From positions 3,069 to 67,068 of the forward strand of contig WGAM01000134.1 of assembly GCA_015494795.1 (NCBI GenBank): a stretch of DNA of 64,000 bases. Direction: 5' to 3'. Source of the DNA: Campylobacterota bacterium (lineage in GTDB: Bacteria; Campylobacterota; Campylobacteria; Campylobacterales; Sulfurovaceae). Both the position numbers and the translations under genes were made by a program. Position 1 is the stretch's first letter, and the number at the start of each line of letters is the position of its first letter. Below the pieces are notes generated by a model that made no database searches, had not been told where the DNA came from, and saw only the letters and a list, made by a program, of their open reading frames with translations. Of the stretch, positions 61,748 to 64,000 are shown piece by piece.

Positions 61748-62511
61748 TATTGTAACCCCTCTTTAATTTTTTTCATTCCTGCTCTAGCACTATCTCCTAA
61801 GAAGAAGAAATCTAAACTATAAGCTAGAAAGGTACACCCCTCATCTATTCTATCTTGTAATTTTTTAGGGTCTGACTCTATTACATGAAATCCATAAGCT
61901 CTATTATATCTTTTACATGTCAACTCTACACTCTTTATTGCCTCTTTTACATCATCTCTATCAAATGCTCCGGGATAACCCATTGAGCCACTTAAATCAT
62001 AAGGTCCAACAACAGTCCCATCAATTCCATCTGTTAATATAATCTCTTCAATATTTCTAACAGCCTCAATATGCTCTATCTGTGCGATTATTACAACCTC
62101 TCTATCTAGCCACTCTCTATACTCATTAAACTTAGTTCCATACCCTTGAGCTCTATATAGTCCAACACCTCTTTTCCCATCTGGTGGATACTTAACATAA
62201 GATATAGCCTCCAACGCCTCCTCTCTATTTTTTATCATAGGAATAATTACACCATCTGCACCCATATCAAGCACTCTCTTTATAATAACCTCTTCATTTT
62301 TACTAACTCTAACAAGTGCTTTCATTCCATTTGCTTGAATAGTTGTTATTAAGATTTGAGCAGATGCTAAATCTATTGCTGTATGCTCCATATCAACAAC
62401 TAGCCACTCAAAATTAGCAGTAGCCATAATCTCAATGATAGCAGGATTTGCTATGGTTATCCATGAGCCAATAGTTAATTGATTATTTTTTAGTTTTTCT
62501 TTTAATGACAT
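61747..62511 (-). CDS. HpcH/HpaI-family class II (pyruvate) aldolase
   Basis: 254 aa. WLVVDMEHTAIDL and the overall length and pattern match the HpcH/HpaI family. Confidence 0.8.
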   Translation of the reverse strand: MSLKEKLKNNQLTIGSWITIANPAIIEIMATANFEWLVVDMEHTAIDLASAQILITTIQANGMKALVRVSKNEEVIIKRVLDMGADGVIIPMIKNREEALEAISYVKYPPDGKRGVGLYRAQGYGTKFNEYREWLDREVVIIAQIEHIEAVRNIEEIILTDGIDGTVVGPYDLSGSMGYPGAFDRDDVKEAIKSVELTCKRYNRAYGFHVIESDPKKLQDRIDEGCTFLAYSLDFFFLGDSARAGMKKIKEGLQ

Positions 62512-63985
62512 CTATAATCCTATCTAAATTTTTTCTTATATCTTCTCTTGTTGTTGCAAAAACTTCAGGAAAAATAAAGCTAAAAATTATAACTAAAATA
62601 GTGTATAGTAACCCTGATATTAAAAATTCTAAAATATTGGACTCTAAAGATACTATCTTAGTGGATATATAGGCAAATATAACAAAAAATAGTATTGAAT
62701 AGAGTTGATGATATATAAATCTCTTCATCTTAAAATCTAAAAATTTTGCATTTAAATATAGTTGAATATTAACACCTATAATTTGAGCTAATATCATCTT
62801 TAAAGCTAAACCAACTGCTCCTAAATCTAATATATATATAAATATAACAGATAATAGGATAGATATAGGTTGAGTTATAAAAGATATATCTCTTAATAGT
62901 TTTGTCTGATTTGTAGCATAAAATATACTTCCACTAAGTTGACCATAGGTTTGATGTATTGGATATAGTGCCATAATAGTGAGTACTAATTTAGCATCTC
63001 TAAACTTCTCATCTGTAAATATATTGAGTAGATTTGAACTTTGAAGAGATATAAATATCCCTAAAAAGGCAGATATGCTATATAGCATAGGTATATATCT
63101 AAAAAATAGCCTTCTCATATTTTCCATATCATTAGAGGCATAAGATTTTGCAAACTCTCTAGTAATAATGGGAGTCATAGCACTTGTAAAGAGAAAGCAT
63201 ATAGCAGATATACTATAGGCTAATCCATAAAATCCTGTTTGACTACTACCTGCTACCTTTTGAAGTAACCAAATATCAAAAATTCCAGCTAAAACAGAGA
63301 TAATACTATATACTAATAGTGGGTGCGAATACTCTATAAACTCTTTAGATATATCTATAATTGGAAATTTATTAAATATACCTCTAAATATCTCTCTTTT
63401 AATAAATAACCATATTAAAATAGCTATAAAAGAGATGAGTGATATATAGTGGAATATAAAATATCTATCTAAATTAAAAGCTGTAAAGTAGATTAGATAT
63501 AATAGTAGAAGTAGAGATAATATCTTATTTAATATCTTTATAAACTCAACAGATATAGTCATTGCATAGGCATCTGAAATTTTTATTAAAATCTGTATAA
63601 ACCATACTAAAAAACCAAAAATTAATCCCATATATATATATTTAGTTGGAATATTTGGCAGAAATAGAGAGTTATATCTAAAATATATAATTGCAGATAT
63701 AGATAGAATTAAAATTAAAAGTATAGTGAGTGAATATATAAAATAGAAACTTATTAACTCCTTTCTCTTTGAGTTGGCAGATAGTTTTGTAAAAAATGCT
63801 ATAGATGTTCCCATATCTAAAAAACCAATAACTTTAGCAAAAAAATCTTGTAGATATACAAACTGCCCATAAGCAACTGGAGCTAATGCTTTTGGAACTA
63901 TAGCTACTAAAATAGCACCCATAACCCCATTTATAATATTTGATATTAACTTTATGCTATAGCGTTTTTTTAGACTAGCTTCCAT
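62483..63985 (-). CDS. polysaccharide biosynthesis flippase (Wzx/MOP family)
   Basis: 500 aa with 12-14 TM helices. Typical N-terminal LISNIINGVMGAILVAIVPKALAPVAYGQF. Confidence 0.75.
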   Translation of the reverse strand: MEASLKKRYSIKLISNIINGVMGAILVAIVPKALAPVAYGQFVYLQDFFAKVIGFLDMGTSIAFFTKLSANSKRKELISFYFIYSLTILLILILSISAIIYFRYNSLFLPNIPTKYIYMGLIFGFLVWFIQILIKISDAYAMTISVEFIKILNKILSLLLLLYLIYFTAFNLDRYFIFHYISLISFIAILIWLFIKREIFRGIFNKFPIIDISKEFIEYSHPLLVYSIISVLAGIFDIWLLQKVAGSSQTGFYGLAYSISAICFLFTSAMTPIITREFAKSYASNDMENMRRLFFRYIPMLYSISAFLGIFISLQSSNLLNIFTDEKFRDAKLVLTIMALYPIHQTYGQLSGSIFYATNQTKLLRDISFITQPISILLSVIFIYILDLGAVGLALKMILAQIIGVNIQLYLNAKFLDFKMKRFIYHQLYSILFFVIFAYISTKIVSLESNILEFLISGLLYTILVIIFSFIFPEVFATTREDIRKNLDRIIDVIKRKTKK

Positions 63986-64000
63986 CTATAATTTTATTAA

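Overview
This is a very AT-rich bacterial chromosomal segment. Gene content suggests Campylobacterota (epsilonproteobacteria): a fused LplT-PlsC-Aas protein, an AddB-type nuclease, MutS2, a frameshift-free prfB and the ThiO route. The genus cannot be determined from the sequence alone. There are about 58 credible CDS, tightly packed. I saw no rRNA, tRNA or CRISPR array.

Layout:
(i) 0-6.5 kb holds housekeeping genes (HEXXH metallopeptidase, rdgB, pilT, tal), interrupted by a solo IS200/IS605-family tnpB with a GC-rich structured 3' tail.
(ii) 6.7-34.4 kb is a large envelope/matrix region. It encodes a 929-aa secreted protein made of three lamin-tail-like repeats plus a propeller-like C-terminus, a Wzx-like flippase, a Wzy_C/O-antigen-ligase-family protein and a secreted 5-repeat propeller-like protein. 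A type II secretion system follows, split into divergent operons (gspK/L/M/N-like, gspC, gspD, gspE versus gspG plus two minor pseudopilins), with no gspF, gspO or gspJ. It runs straight into a complete seven-gene Pel exopolysaccharide locus in the circularly permuted order pelC-D-E-F-G-A-B.
(iii) 34.4-52.2 kb is housekeeping: aas, ruvC, addB, mutS2, ppk2, a CPA2 antiporter, guaA, an NhaD-like antiporter, a NUDIX hydrolase, a TlpA-like protein and prfB.
(iv) A TPP-riboswitch-led thiC-thiO-thiS-thiG operon runs with gaps of 13 nt or less into a LolA-like/DUF1302 outer-membrane pair.
(v) 58.6-64 kb is the end of a glycan locus: methyltransferase, epimerase, acetyltransferase, KdsB-like cytidylyltransferase, HpcH-type aldolase and flippase.

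Most noteworthy observations:
- The Pel locus is permuted and abuts the T2SS, and its PelD has no RxxD motif.
- Two genes (pelA, addB) have conserved N-termini reachable only from ATT/ATC start codons, both in the shared context GGA-N-TTAGATTAT.
- A second, orphan copy of the tnpB right-end hairpin sits 36 kb away. It matches 22/28 nt with a compensatory base-pair change, which pins the element boundary and predicts the guide.
- The repeat-built secreted proteins are candidate T2SS cargo or matrix components.
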